Positions 1 to 9,979 of a DNA stretch of 55,591 bases are shown here, piece after piece. The first letter of the stretch is position 1. Each line of letters starts with the position of its first letter. A program made the translations under genes and the position numbers. The stretch spans positions 1 to 55,591 of IMG/VR virus record IMGVR_UViG_3300025168_000106; one strand, 5' to 3'. The notes below the pieces were generated by a model, which made no database searches, was not told where the DNA came from, and saw nothing but the letters and a program-made list of their open reading frames with translations. The DNA is from a virus (taxonomy: Duplodnaviria > Caudoviricetes).

Positions 1-95
1 AGGTAGTTCGCTCCGATGTGGACAATGTTGCCTTAACTTTCAGCTCTGTTCCTACTACTAATCAATTTAAAGTACTTATAAGTGCAATCTACTAA
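1..95 (+). CDS. 3' end of a truncated structural/tail protein gene
   Basis: Open frame from position 3 (VVRSDVDNVALTFSSVPTTNQFKVLISAIY) to TAA 93-95, which overlaps the next ATG (TAATG). Confidence 0.6.
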   Translation, partial: VVRSDVDNVALTFSSVPTTNQFKVLISAIY

Positions 96-1435
96 TGGCA
101 ATTGAATTTCTTGACGATGTAAACGTTGAAGCAGACCTTACCGTAAAACCTGAAAGCGGAAATGGGCTCTTAACTATAAATAGTAGCGATACATATGGTA
201 ACACGACGATTAAAATGGGCAACGATACAAGTCCTGAAGCCGTTCTTCTGTCTGCTTACTCTAATCCGGGTGCTGATTATTTTGAAATTAAGTATGATAG
301 TGGAGCAACAGGAAGTGGAGAATTTAAAGTTGGCCAAACCGAAATAGATTGTTGTTTAGACGGGTCATCTTCCCCAATAACTCGCGTTTCTTCAACGGGG
401 CTTCAAATTACGGGAGGTCTTCAATTATCAGGTACATTTGAAGATTCAAGCGGAGATGTGGGAACTGCAGGACAGGTGTTATCCTCTACAGGTACAGGAA
501 CCGATTGGATATCTGCGGGTGGAGCAGATACAAATATTGCCAATACTGACCTTACTTCTAATGCTAATAGGACTCTTACACTAGGGACTTATTCATTATC
601 TTTTTTAGATAGTAATGCAGCTACAATAGCAAAATTTAATTCATTGGGGAATGAGGTGTATGCTTCCACATTCTCTGTAAGGACAAATAGTGCTACTACT
701 GCCCCCACATTACGATTGTCAGCCGGAACAAGTAGTCGTTATGTAGGCATTAAAAGTCCTGATACACTTGCTCTTACCACTAACTATATACTTCCCACAG
801 GTTATGGAAATGCAGGCGATGTATTGTCTGTGGAGACAGCGGGGGCTTTAACTCAACAGATGAAATGGACAGGAGGAGGTGCAGATGTTATTCTTTCCGG
901 TGGTGGGAAAGTAGAAATGACAACGTCTTCAGATGCAAGTGCTAGAGCCTTACTTTTTGGAGGAGCTGATGGGTTTAATGATTCTAATTGGAATGTTATT
1001 GCAGGTCCTAATAGCCCCGGTAGTTCTTTAGGAACTCCGGGAACAACTACTTTTTCTTGCGACCCTGTTAGTGTAATGAATGCTTTATTTCGTTCTCCTA
1101 AATCAGGAGATATTAATATATCCGGAACTGTAAAGTTTTCGGCAGGTACTAATTCTAGCACTAATTCATTTGTAAGAGTATATAAAGTTCCGGCAGCTTT
1201 TGTTACAGATATGGAAAATGGTGATGACCCCGGAACATCTATTTCTTGTACATTGGTAGCAGCTATTCAAGTTGACACTCCTTCTCTTAATGTTGATACA
1301 AGACCTAGAAATTATATCTCTATCAATGGAGTGTCTATTTCTTCGGGAGATTATGTGTTTGCAACTTATAGTTATAGAGGCAGGCTTACTTCAACAAAAT
1401 ATTTTACACACAACTTTCAACTTCTTGTAGGATAA
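95..1435 (+). CDS. Putative tail fibre / receptor-binding protein
   Basis: 446 aa, G/S/T-rich, with fibre-like motifs (DSSGDVGTAGQVLSSTGTGTDW; YILPTGYGNAGDVL); lies before the lysis genes. Confidence 0.65.
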   Translation: MAIEFLDDVNVEADLTVKPESGNGLLTINSSDTYGNTTIKMGNDTSPEAVLLSAYSNPGADYFEIKYDSGATGSGEFKVGQTEIDCCLDGSSSPITRVSSTGLQITGGLQLSGTFEDSSGDVGTAGQVLSSTGTGTDWISAGGADTNIANTDLTSNANRTLTLGTYSLSFLDSNAATIAKFNSLGNEVYASTFSVRTNSATTAPTLRLSAGTSSRYVGIKSPDTLALTTNYILPTGYGNAGDVLSVETAGALTQQMKWTGGGADVILSGGGKVEMTTSSDASARALLFGGADGFNDSNWNVIAGPNSPGSSLGTPGTTTFSCDPVSVMNALFRSPKSGDINISGTVKFSAGTNSSTNSFVRVYKVPAAFVTDMENGDDPGTSISCTLVAAIQVDTPSLNVDTRPRNYISINGVSISSGDYVFATYSYRGRLTSTKYFTHNFQLLVG

Positions 1436-1647
1436 TGGAATATGAAATAATAGCCCTAGGGATAGGGATTGTATCCGGTATGTTAGGAACATGGATTAAA
1501 ATGACTAACGAAGTAACGAAAATAAAATCTCGTTTATTCTCTTTAGAGAAATCTGAAACTAAGGTGGAACAAACTTTAGATATTCTAGTAGAGGGGATGA
1601 ACGAGATAAAACTTTTGCTTGCGGAAAGAGGAATCAGAAAAAAGTGA
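1435..1647 (+). CDS. Small membrane protein, holin-like
   Basis: N-terminal hydrophobic helix followed by a coiled coil; directly upstream of the endolysin. Confidence 0.55.
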   Translation: MEYEIIALGIGIVSGMLGTWIKMTNEVTKIKSRLFSLEKSETKVEQTLDILVEGMNEIKLLLAERGIRKK

Positions 1648-2069
1648 GAGACTTAAAAAGAATTATCCTACACTGCTCTGCTACCCCTGAAGGTAGAGAT
1701 GTTAGTGTAGAAACTATCCGAGGATGGCATTCAGACCCTCCTCCACAGGGAAGAGGGTGGTCAGATATCGGATATCACTACGTCATTCACCTTGATGGCA
1801 AGACAGAGATAGGAAGGCCCATAGAGGTGCAAGGTGCTCATGTATCCGGAGAGAATGAGGATTCCATCGGAATATGTTATATCGGTGGTGTAGACGCCTC
1901 TATTGAGCCTAAAGACACTATGACGGTTCTTCAAGAGATGGCTTTTGTAGAAATAGTTAAAAGTTTAAGGCTTATATTTGGAGAATTGTCCATCCATGGG
2001 CATAATGAATTTTCAACCAAAGCATGTCCTTCTTTCTCAGTCGAGGAGAAGTTCGGCTTCTTAAATTAA
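1644..2069 (+). CDS. Endolysin, N-acetylmuramoyl-L-alanine amidase (T7 lysozyme / Amidase_2 type)
   Basis: Motifs IILHCSAT, GWSDIGYHY, GAH, SIGICYIGG, HGHNEFSTKACPSF (His/His/Cys Zn ligands); GTG start. Confidence 0.93.
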   Translation: MRDLKRIILHCSATPEGRDVSVETIRGWHSDPPPQGRGWSDIGYHYVIHLDGKTEIGRPIEVQGAHVSGENEDSIGICYIGGVDASIEPKDTMTVLQEMAFVEIVKSLRLIFGELSIHGHNEFSTKACPSFSVEEKFGFLN

Positions 2070-2074
2070 TTAAT

Positions 2075-2236
2075 ATGGAATTTATAACATTAAATTGGTC
2101 AGTAATTGCCTTGGCCGTTATTACTGCAGCGGGTACTTTAACAGCCTTGACTGAAACAAAGAAGGACGATAAGATTGTAAATGTCCTTTCTCGTATTCTT
2201 CAAGCTATCGTAATGGGTAAGAATCGTAAGAAATAA
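2075..2236 (+). CDS. Putative holin / small membrane protein
   Basis: ATG 2075 after an AT-rich leader; hydrophobic helix WSVIALAVITAAGTLTAL and basic C-terminus; follows the endolysin. Confidence 0.6.
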   Translation: MEFITLNWSVIALAVITAAGTLTALTETKKDDKIVNVLSRILQAIVMGKNRKK

Positions 2237-2241
2237 AGTCG

Positions 2242-2249
2242 TATATTTG
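2242..2249 (+). promoter_or_regulatory. Bacteroidota-type -7 promoter element (TATATTTG)
   Basis: Exact TAnnTTTG match in the intergenic gap upstream of ORF 2276. Confidence 0.6.
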
Positions 2250-2275
2250 AGCTAAATTAAATTAAATCTATTATA

Positions 2276-2542
2276 ATGTCTGATACAATTAAAATGTCTC
2301 CTGAAAAGGAACTTACTGCTGAAGAACTTACATCTTTACAACAGCTTCTCTCTGCTTTTAACCAAGCTAAAATTCAACTCGCTGACGCGACTATGGCTCA
2401 ACAAGATGCTTTAGATGCGGTTATGGCTACTAAAACAGGATTTGCAGGTATGGAAGAGAAACTTGTAGAAAAATATGGCAAGGATGTTAGTGTTAATGTT
2501 CAAACAGGAGCAATAACACAAAAAGAAGATGTCGCGGATTAG
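2276..2542 (+). CDS. Hypothetical coiled-coil protein
   Basis: 88-aa helical ORF ending LVEKYGKDVSVNVQTGAI, preceded by a promoter box. Confidence 0.7.
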   Translation: MSDTIKMSPEKELTAEELTSLQQLLSAFNQAKIQLADATMAQQDALDAVMATKTGFAGMEEKLVEKYGKDVSVNVQTGAITQKEDVAD

Positions 2543-3098
2543 CACATACCCAATTGATACAGTTGTAGATACAGCTGATTTACTTATTGGAACCGATAGT
2601 GAAGACCAAAATATAACCAAAAATTATACTATTGCTAGTATTATTAGTTTGGCTACATCGGGAGGGTATATAAATGCCGCTGTTGCTGTTGATTCTACTA
2701 CGGCAACTACTATATCCGCTTTAGATACTTTTTATTTTTTAGAAGGAACTTTAGTTCTTTCTGTATCTAAGCTATGGGCTGTTGGAACCGGAGCTGATGT
2801 AAATAAAATTATTTATAGCGGAACGGCAAGTCAGGTAACAAACATCATGTCTACTGTTAACATTACAGGGACAGCTTCTTCTGTAGTAAAGATTGCTTTA
2901 TTTAAAAACACAATAGAGATAGCAGGAACTCGTCAAACTATACAAATCAATGCCTCAGGCACTTTGTATGCTTCAGTGTGTTTACAAACTATTAATACTG
3001 TCGCAACAAATGATGTTATATCAGTAAAGATTATGAATACTTCGAATACCAATCCTATTACTGCTGCTCATTTTAATCTTTCTGCGACCTTGGTATGA
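2529..3098 (+). CDS. Putative virion structural protein
   Basis: N-terminal RISTYP...DLLIGTDSED...TKNYTI fibre-attachment-like segment and beta-rich C-terminus. Confidence 0.55.
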   Translation: MSRISTYPIDTVVDTADLLIGTDSEDQNITKNYTIASIISLATSGGYINAAVAVDSTTATTISALDTFYFLEGTLVLSVSKLWAVGTGADVNKIIYSGTASQVTNIMSTVNITGTASSVVKIALFKNTIEIAGTRQTIQINASGTLYASVCLQTINTVATNDVISVKIMNTSNTNPITAAHFNLSATLV

Positions 3099-3325
3099 AC
3101 CGAGATATTCGAAAAATATCTGTAGGACCTGACTATAAAGGTGGAGCTATGCACTATATTGTAGGGCAAGTTGTTTTAAGCGGAGCATATAAGATTCATC
3201 ACATAAGGCACGAAGAAGATACCCATTCAATTTTAATTTGGATAGAAAGAGAGAAGACTGTTGTCTTGTGGAAAGAGTTTCGTGAGACGATGCCTGTTTC
3301 TATTGAGTACAACATAAACTTTTAA
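3095..3325 (+). CDS. Hypothetical protein
   Basis: 76-aa ORF coupled to both neighbours (ATGA and TAATG overlaps). Confidence 0.7.
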   Translation: MNRDIRKISVGPDYKGGAMHYIVGQVVLSGAYKIHHIRHEEDTHSILIWIEREKTVVLWKEFRETMPVSIEYNINF

Positions 3326-3894
3326 TGAAATCACCTTTTAATTTTATTGTCCAACCTTCTTTAGGTAGGCGTTACTCCAATACGAAAAAAATTGGAGGGA
3401 TAGACCTTATTATAAGTAGTTCAGAAGAAGATGCTTCCGCATCTAATCGTGAGGCTATAGTAAAAGAATTGCCTATAGGGTATAGTGGTCCTATTAAAAT
3501 AGGAGACACTTTGCTTGTACACCACAATGTCTTTAAGTTCTATAACGATATAAAAGGGAGAAGAAAAAGCGGGAAGAGTTTTTTCCGTGACGACCTATTC
3601 TTTGTAGATGCAGACCAATTTTTCTTATATAAGCAAGATGGCTCATGGCATTCGCATGACAGGTTTTGTTTCGTTAAACCTATTCCTATAGAGAAATCTT
3701 TATTGTCTAAACCCGGAACTGAAGAGCCTCTTATGGGTAAGATGGTATACACTAATAAATACCTCCTTAGTCAAGGAGTAAAAAAAGGAACTAAGATATC
3801 TTTCACCCCTGATTCGGAATATGTATTTAATATTGATGGAGAGAAGTTGTACAGAATATATGACCATCAGATAACTATGGCAAATGGAATCTAA
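3325..3894 (+). CDS. Putative tandem GroES-like domain protein
   Basis: Two halves, each with a GroES-like pattern (FIVQP...IKIGDTLLV; FVKPI...VKKGTKISF...IDGEKLYRI). Confidence 0.45.
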   Translation: MKSPFNFIVQPSLGRRYSNTKKIGGIDLIISSSEEDASASNREAIVKELPIGYSGPIKIGDTLLVHHNVFKFYNDIKGRRKSGKSFFRDDLFFVDADQFFLYKQDGSWHSHDRFCFVKPIPIEKSLLSKPGTEEPLMGKMVYTNKYLLSQGVKKGTKISFTPDSEYVFNIDGEKLYRIYDHQITMANGI

Positions 3895-4168
3895 TGAGCT
3901 TAAGATAAAAATAATTGCAGCAGGGAAGCGTGCTGTAGAGCAATTAATAAAGGTGGCTTTAGAGGATATTATAAAACCCGACCCTGAGGATGAGTTAGCT
4001 GCGGATAGACTTAAAAATGCTGCTGCTACAAAAAAGCTATGCATATTTGATGCATTCGACATATTGGCTAAGATTGAAGTGGAGCAAGAAAACATTAACT
4101 TAGCGAGTAGTAGCGGAAGTCGCACCGATAGTAAACAGGGATTTGCAGAACAAAGAGCAAAAAAATAA
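3884..4168 (+). CDS. terS: Putative terminase small subunit
   Basis: Small helical protein immediately upstream of, and overlapping, the terminase large subunit; positional call. Confidence 0.5.
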   Translation: MESNELKIKIIAAGKRAVEQLIKVALEDIIKPDPEDELAADRLKNAAATKKLCIFDAFDILAKIEVEQENINLASSSGSRTDSKQGFAEQRAKK

Positions 4169-6389
4169 GCTATATACGACGGTACATAAGTTAGTACCTA
4201 CTAATGTTATGTCCAATAAAAACCGTGCAAAAACATGGCAATATGGATATAATTCTAAATATGACATTATCATTATCTCTACTTCAGGAGAGTTAGGAGA
4301 GGTGATAAATGTATCAGGTATAAATATAGGACTTCCTCCTGTACCGAAAGATATATCTAAAGAAGAAAAAAAAGAGGCACAGTATTGGAAACGCACCCCT
4401 CTCCCAAAACCTTTATCTAGGATAGCTTCTATATTCCAATGGAATGAAATGCCTGCAGTATTTAAAGATAGGTGGATAGATTATATCGAAACGGAGTTTG
4501 ACCAAAGAGAGCATGGCTATTGGTTTATGAATAACGGTATACCTACTTATATCACGGGTGCTCACTATATGTATCTACAGTGGGCTACTATAGATGTAGG
4601 ATTTCCTGACTTTCGTGAGGCGAATAGGGTGTTCTTTATATATTGGGAAGCTTGTAAAGCTGACACCCGATGTTTTGGGATGTCGTACCTAAAAATTAGG
4701 CGTTCAGGATTTTCTTTTATGGGGTCTTCAGAGTGTGTAAATACCGGAACTTTAGCTAACGATGCTAGGGTAGGTATACTTTCTAAAACAGGTTCTGATG
4801 CCAAGAAGATGTTTACCGATAAGGTTGTTCCTATAGCCAATAGGTTACCCTTTTTCTTTAAGCCTATACAAGATGGTATGGACAAACCTAAAACTGAGCT
4901 AGCGTTTAGGATACCTGCCTCTAAGATTACAAAAAAGAATATGCATCTACTATCTATTGATGAGTTAGATGGATTAGATACCACTATTGATTGGAAGAAT
5001 ACAGATGATAACTCTTACGATGGAGAGAAATTATTACTTCTTGTACATGACGAGAGCGGTAAATGGATAAAGCCAAACAATATTTTAAACAATTGGCGTG
5101 TTACAAAAACATGTCTACGTTTAGGTAGCCGAATTATAGGTAAGTGTTTGATGGGTTCTACTTCTAATGCCTTAAGTAAAGGAGGGGATAACTTTAAGAA
5201 GTTATATGAAGACTCAAATGCAAAAAACCGTAATGGAAACGGTCAGACTAAAAGCGGGCTATACTCTTTATTTATTCCTATGGAATATAATATGGAGGGT
5301 TTTATTGACCGATTTGGAGAGCCTGTAGTAGATAAACCTACAAAACCTATTAAGGGTATAGACGATATGATGATTGAGTCGGGAGCGTTAACATATTGGG
5401 AGGCTGAGGTAGAGTCTTTAAAAAACGACCCTGACGCTTTAAATGAATTTTATAGACAGTTCCCTCGTACAGAGTCGCATGCTTTTAGGGATGAGAGTAA
5501 GTCTTCTTTATTTAACCTCACTAAAATCTATCAGCAGTTAGACTACGCTGAGTCTTTAATCCGAGAACAGTATGTTACTCAAGGGTCTTTTGGATGGAAA
5601 GATGGAAAGATAGATTCTAAAGTAGTTTTCTATCCTGACAATAGAGGTAGGTTTAAAGTAGGATGGACTCCTAACCCTACATTACAAAATAGAGTAGAGA
5701 CAAGGGGAGCGGTTAAATACCCCGGTAATGAACACCTTGGGTCTTTTGGGTGTGACTCTTACGATATATCAGGAGTAGTAGGAGGGGGAGGCTCTAATGG
5801 AGCTCTTCACGGAATGACAAAGTTTCATATGGACGAAGCTCCTACCAATGAGTTTTTTTTAGAGTATGTAGCGAGACCTCAGACGGCAGAGATATTTTTC
5901 GAAGAAGTCCTTATGGCTTGTGTCTTTTATGGGATGCCTATCCTTATAGAGAATAACAAACCTAGATTGCTTTATCACTTTAAGAATAGAGGGTACAGAG
6001 GGTTTTGTATGAACCGACCTGATAAGCATTTTAATAAACTCTCCAAAACTGAGCGAGAGTTAGGAGGGATGCCCAACTCTTCGGAGGATATAAAACAAGC
6101 TCATGCCTCAGCTATAGAGTCATATATAGAGAAGCATATAGGATTAGATTTAGAAGGTACGTTTAGAGATTCTGATGACATGGGTACTATGCCTTTTGTA
6201 AGAACACTTGAGGATTGGGCCAAGTTTGATATAAGTAACAGAACGGCATATGACGCTACTATTAGTTCAGGACTAGCTATTATGGCAAATCAAAAACATC
6301 TATACACTCCTGTACAAAAGACGAAAAAATTAAGCCTTACCTTCGCTCAGTATAAAAATCATGGAACAACAAGTGAGATAATTAGATGA
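4143..6389 (+). CDS. terL: Terminase large subunit
   Basis: Walker A-like LKIRRSGFS, Walker B LLLLVHDESGKW, coupling motif GST, nuclease GCDSYD and IENN; precedes the portal. Start uncertain (TTG 4143 or ATG 4209). Confidence 0.9.
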   Translation: MQNKEQKNKLYTTVHKLVPTNVMSNKNRAKTWQYGYNSKYDIIIISTSGELGEVINVSGINIGLPPVPKDISKEEKKEAQYWKRTPLPKPLSRIASIFQWNEMPAVFKDRWIDYIETEFDQREHGYWFMNNGIPTYITGAHYMYLQWATIDVGFPDFREANRVFFIYWEACKADTRCFGMSYLKIRRSGFSFMGSSECVNTGTLANDARVGILSKTGSDAKKMFTDKVVPIANRLPFFFKPIQDGMDKPKTELAFRIPASKITKKNMHLLSIDELDGLDTTIDWKNTDDNSYDGEKLLLLVHDESGKWIKPNNILNNWRVTKTCLRLGSRIIGKCLMGSTSNALSKGGDNFKKLYEDSNAKNRNGNGQTKSGLYSLFIPMEYNMEGFIDRFGEPVVDKPTKPIKGIDDMMIESGALTYWEAEVESLKNDPDALNEFYRQFPRTESHAFRDESKSSLFNLTKIYQQLDYAESLIREQYVTQGSFGWKDGKIDSKVVFYPDNRGRFKVGWTPNPTLQNRVETRGAVKYPGNEHLGSFGCDSYDISGVVGGGGSNGALHGMTKFHMDEAPTNEFFLEYVARPQTAEIFFEEVLMACVFYGMPILIENNKPRLLYHFKNRGYRGFCMNRPDKHFNKLSKTERELGGMPNSSEDIKQAHASAIESYIEKHIGLDLEGTFRDSDDMGTMPFVRTLEDWAKFDISNRTAYDATISSGLAIMANQKHLYTPVQKTKKLSLTFAQYKNHGTTSEIIR

Positions 6390-8821
6390 AAAATGTCAAA
6401 GTAAACATATCATCTGCAGGTTTTCCTAGCCAATTTGTGTCTGACGCAGAGAAAGCAACAGTGGAATTTGGACTACAGATTGGTCAAGCTATTCAATATG
6501 AGTGGTTTAAAAAAACGAGTAATCAATGTAGATTTTATACCCAAGCACGTGATTTCAATAGGTTGCGTCTGTATGCTCGTGGAGAACAGTCTATTGCAAA
6601 ATACAAAAACGAGCTTGCCGTTGATGGAGATTTATCTTATCTAAATTTAGATTGGACCCCTGTACCTATCCTTCCTAAGTTTGTGGATATCGTTGTTAAT
6701 GGTATGTCTGAACGCTTATTTAAAGTTAAAGCATATGCTCAAGATGCATTGTCTCAATCTAAAAGAAGTAAGTATCAGAATATGATTGAGGGTCAGATGG
6801 CCGCTAAACCTATACTTGAAACTATTCAACAAAAAACAGGGGTAGATACTTTTGTGATGCCTCCTGAAGAGTTGCCTACTTCCGATGAAGAACTACAGTT
6901 ATATATGCAGCTTAATTATAAACCTGCTATTGAAATTGCAGAGGAAGAAGCTATAAATACTATTTTTGATTCAAATCACTATGACGACATTAGGAGACGA
7001 TTAGACTATGATTTAACAGTTTTAGGCATATCGGTATCTAAACACGAATTTTTACCCGGCACAGGAGTTAAGTTAAGTTATGTAGACCCTGCGAATGTGG
7101 TCTATAGTTACACAGAAGACCCACAGTTTAAAGACTGTTTCTATTGGGGTGAGATTAAAACTCTTCCTATTACAGAGCTTTTAAAAATTGACCCTACCTT
7201 AACTAAAGAAGATTTAGAGGAGATTTCACAAAGTGGGCAAAGTTGGTATGACTACTATAATGTAGCTCAGTATTATGACAACGATATATTCTATCGTGAT
7301 ACTACAACTTTGATGTACTTTAACTACAAGACCACTAAAAAGATTGTCTATAAAAAGAAAAATTTAGAAGGAGGTGGCTCTAGGATGATTGAAAAAGACG
7401 ACCAATTCAATCCACCTGTAGAGATGATGGAAGACGGTAGTTTTGAAAAAATTGAAAAAACAATTGATGTATGGTATGATGGAGTAATGGTTATGGGAAC
7501 AAATATTGTTCTTAAGTGGGAAGCAGCAGAAAATATGGTTCGCCCTAAGTCAGCTTCGCAGTATGCTATACCTAACTATGTGGCTTCGGCTCCTCGTATG
7601 TATAAGGGAGTTATAGAGTCTTTAACTCGTAGGATGATACCTTTTGCTGATTTAATTCAGATAACTCACTTAAAGCTACAGCAAGTAATTTCTAGAGTAG
7701 TTCCTGACGGAGTATATATAGATGCTGACGGACTAAACGAAGTGGATTTAGGAACGGGTAATGCCTATAACCCTGAGGATGCTTTAAGGCTATACTTTCA
7801 AACAGGTTCGGTTATTGGAAGAAGCTATACTCAAGAAGGAGATTATAACCAAGCTAAGGTTCCTATTACACAGCTTACGGCTAGTTCAGGCGCAAGCAAA
7901 GCACAGATGCTTATCCAAAACATGAATCACTATCTTCAGATGATTCGTGATGTTACGGGACTTAATGAAGCTCGTGATGGCTCTACTCCTGACCCGTACT
8001 CTTTGGTTGGAGTGCAGAAACTAGCTGCTTTAAATTCTAATACTGCTACACGACATATCTTAGATGCAAGCCTATATATGTATAGAACTTTAGCTGAAAG
8101 CTTAACGTATAGGGTATCAGATATCTTACAGTATGCTGACTTTAAAGAAGAGTTTGCCAATCAGATTGGAAAATATAACGTTAGTATCCTTCAGGATATT
8201 AATAACTTGTATATATATGACTTTGGAATCTTTATTGAAATAGCTCCTGACGAAGAGCAGAAAGCGCAGCTTGAAGCCAATATCAATATGGCACTTTCTA
8301 AAGGAGATATCAACCTTGAAGACGCTATTGATATACGTGAGATACGTAACCTTAAGTTAGCTAATCAACTTCTTAAAATGAAGCGTATAGCTAAACAAGA
8401 CCGAGAGGAGCAGATGCAGATGCAACAGCAAGCTATGCAATCTCAACAAGCTCTTAAATCTCAAGAGATGGCACAGCAGTTAGCTATGCAGCAGAGTCAA
8501 ATGGAAATTCAAGGTAAGATGCAGCTCAAACAAGCTGAGGTAGCTTTTGATATTGAGAAGATGAATAACGAGGCTCAACTTAAGCAACAGCTTATGGATG
8601 TTGAGTTTCAGTATCAGATGCAAGTGAAAGGTATGGTTGAAAATAATATCCAAACTAGAGACACTCAAAAAGAAGCAGCAAAGTCTGATAGGATTAGTCA
8701 ACAGAATACTCAACAGTCTAAGCTTATCAATCAAAGGAAGAATAATTTACCTGCACAGAGTTTTGAATCTAATGAAGATAGCTTAGATGGTTTTGACCTT
8801 GCTCAGTTTAATCCAAGGTAA
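6386..8821 (+). CDS. Portal protein
   Basis: 811 aa after terL; PILPKFVDIVVNG, VDPANVVY, IRDVTGLNEARDG motifs and a Q/M-rich coiled-coil C-terminal barrel. Confidence 0.85.
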   Translation: MKNVKVNISSAGFPSQFVSDAEKATVEFGLQIGQAIQYEWFKKTSNQCRFYTQARDFNRLRLYARGEQSIAKYKNELAVDGDLSYLNLDWTPVPILPKFVDIVVNGMSERLFKVKAYAQDALSQSKRSKYQNMIEGQMAAKPILETIQQKTGVDTFVMPPEELPTSDEELQLYMQLNYKPAIEIAEEEAINTIFDSNHYDDIRRRLDYDLTVLGISVSKHEFLPGTGVKLSYVDPANVVYSYTEDPQFKDCFYWGEIKTLPITELLKIDPTLTKEDLEEISQSGQSWYDYYNVAQYYDNDIFYRDTTTLMYFNYKTTKKIVYKKKNLEGGGSRMIEKDDQFNPPVEMMEDGSFEKIEKTIDVWYDGVMVMGTNIVLKWEAAENMVRPKSASQYAIPNYVASAPRMYKGVIESLTRRMIPFADLIQITHLKLQQVISRVVPDGVYIDADGLNEVDLGTGNAYNPEDALRLYFQTGSVIGRSYTQEGDYNQAKVPITQLTASSGASKAQMLIQNMNHYLQMIRDVTGLNEARDGSTPDPYSLVGVQKLAALNSNTATRHILDASLYMYRTLAESLTYRVSDILQYADFKEEFANQIGKYNVSILQDINNLYIYDFGIFIEIAPDEEQKAQLEANINMALSKGDINLEDAIDIREIRNLKLANQLLKMKRIAKQDREEQMQMQQQAMQSQQALKSQEMAQQLAMQQSQMEIQGKMQLKQAEVAFDIEKMNNEAQLKQQLMDVEFQYQMQVKGMVENNIQTRDTQKEAAKSDRISQQNTQQSKLINQRKNNLPAQSFESNEDSLDGFDLAQFNPR

Positions 8822-8846
8822 GTATAAATCTAGAATATTTTTAGTG

Positions 8847-8854
8847 TAACTTTG
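8847..8854 (+). promoter_or_regulatory. -7 promoter element (TAACTTTG) for scaffold/capsid genes
   Basis: TAnnTTTG match 16 nt upstream of ATG 8871. Confidence 0.6.
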
Positions 8855-8870
8855 AAAAAAATCTAATCAT

Positions 8871-9956
8871 ATGGAAATGAAAGTACGTCTTGTAGAAGAA
8901 GGTGAGCAAAAGTCTGCTGCCGAAATTGAGTCTTCATTGCTTGAAAAGCATGAGGAAAGTTTAAATAGTACTCCTGAAGAGGTAGTTTCTGAAGAGGTTG
9001 TAGAACCTGTAATAGAGAAACCACAGATGGAAGAAAGCGAACTTCTATCTATTATTAGTGATAGACTAGGAAGAAATATAAACTCTCTAGACGATTTAAA
9101 AGAGGCGAGAGAAGAGTCCGGAGAAATGGACGAAGAGGTGTCAGCGTTCTTTAAGTATAAAAAAGAAACGGGCCGTGGTGTAAAAGACTTTGTTCAATTA
9201 AACAAAGACTATGACACTATGAATCCCGAAAATCTTATCAAGGAATATCTAACGGCAACGGAAGAAGGACTTGATGAGGAAGATATAAATGCTATGATGG
9301 AGGATTATAGTTTTGATGAAGACCTCGATGATGAGGGTGACATTAGAAAAATCCGACTAGCAAAAAAGAAAACTATTGCAAAAGCGAAGAGATACTTCGA
9401 AGATGCTAAAGAAAAATACAGCGTTCCCCTTGAGTCTATTGGGTCGCCTTCTTTAGAAAATTCCGAAGAGTATGCTGAGTATAAGCAATATACCGCTAAC
9501 GCGAAGACTGCTCAGGAAGAGCAAATGCGTAGAAAGACTTGGTTTGACGAAAAAACAAACGAAGTATTTGGAAGTGAGTTCAAAGGTTTTGAGTTCAATG
9601 TAAACGACCAACCCTACACATTTTCTCCCGGAGATAGGACTGAATTGAAGAAGCAACAGGAAACACCTATGAATTGGATAAACCGATACGTAGATGAGCA
9701 AGGCTTAGTCAAGGATGCCGTGGGTTACCACAGGTCACTAGCGATAGCAATGAACCCCGATAAATTTGCCAAGTTCTTTTATGAACAAGGTCAAGCGGAG
9801 GCAGTTGATGGAGTTATGCGTAAGACAAAAAATATCAATATGTCTGAACGTGGTGCTCCACAAAATTCAGCTTCTAAGGGGGGCATGCAAGTTCGTTCTG
9901 TAACCCCTGCATCAGGACGAGGCCTAAAAATAAGCAGTGCACGACGTACTACTTAA
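8871..9956 (+). CDS. Putative capsid scaffolding protein
   Basis: Very acidic helical 361-aa protein between portal and major capsid genes. Confidence 0.7.
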   Translation: MEMKVRLVEEGEQKSAAEIESSLLEKHEESLNSTPEEVVSEEVVEPVIEKPQMEESELLSIISDRLGRNINSLDDLKEAREESGEMDEEVSAFFKYKKETGRGVKDFVQLNKDYDTMNPENLIKEYLTATEEGLDEEDINAMMEDYSFDEDLDDEGDIRKIRLAKKKTIAKAKRYFEDAKEKYSVPLESIGSPSLENSEEYAEYKQYTANAKTAQEEQMRRKTWFDEKTNEVFGSEFKGFEFNVNDQPYTFSPGDRTELKKQQETPMNWINRYVDEQGLVKDAVGYHRSLAIAMNPDKFAKFFYEQGQAEAVDGVMRKTKNINMSERGAPQNSASKGGMQVRSVTPASGRGLKISSARRTT

Positions 9957-9979
9957 TTAATTATTAATTTAAAACTATT

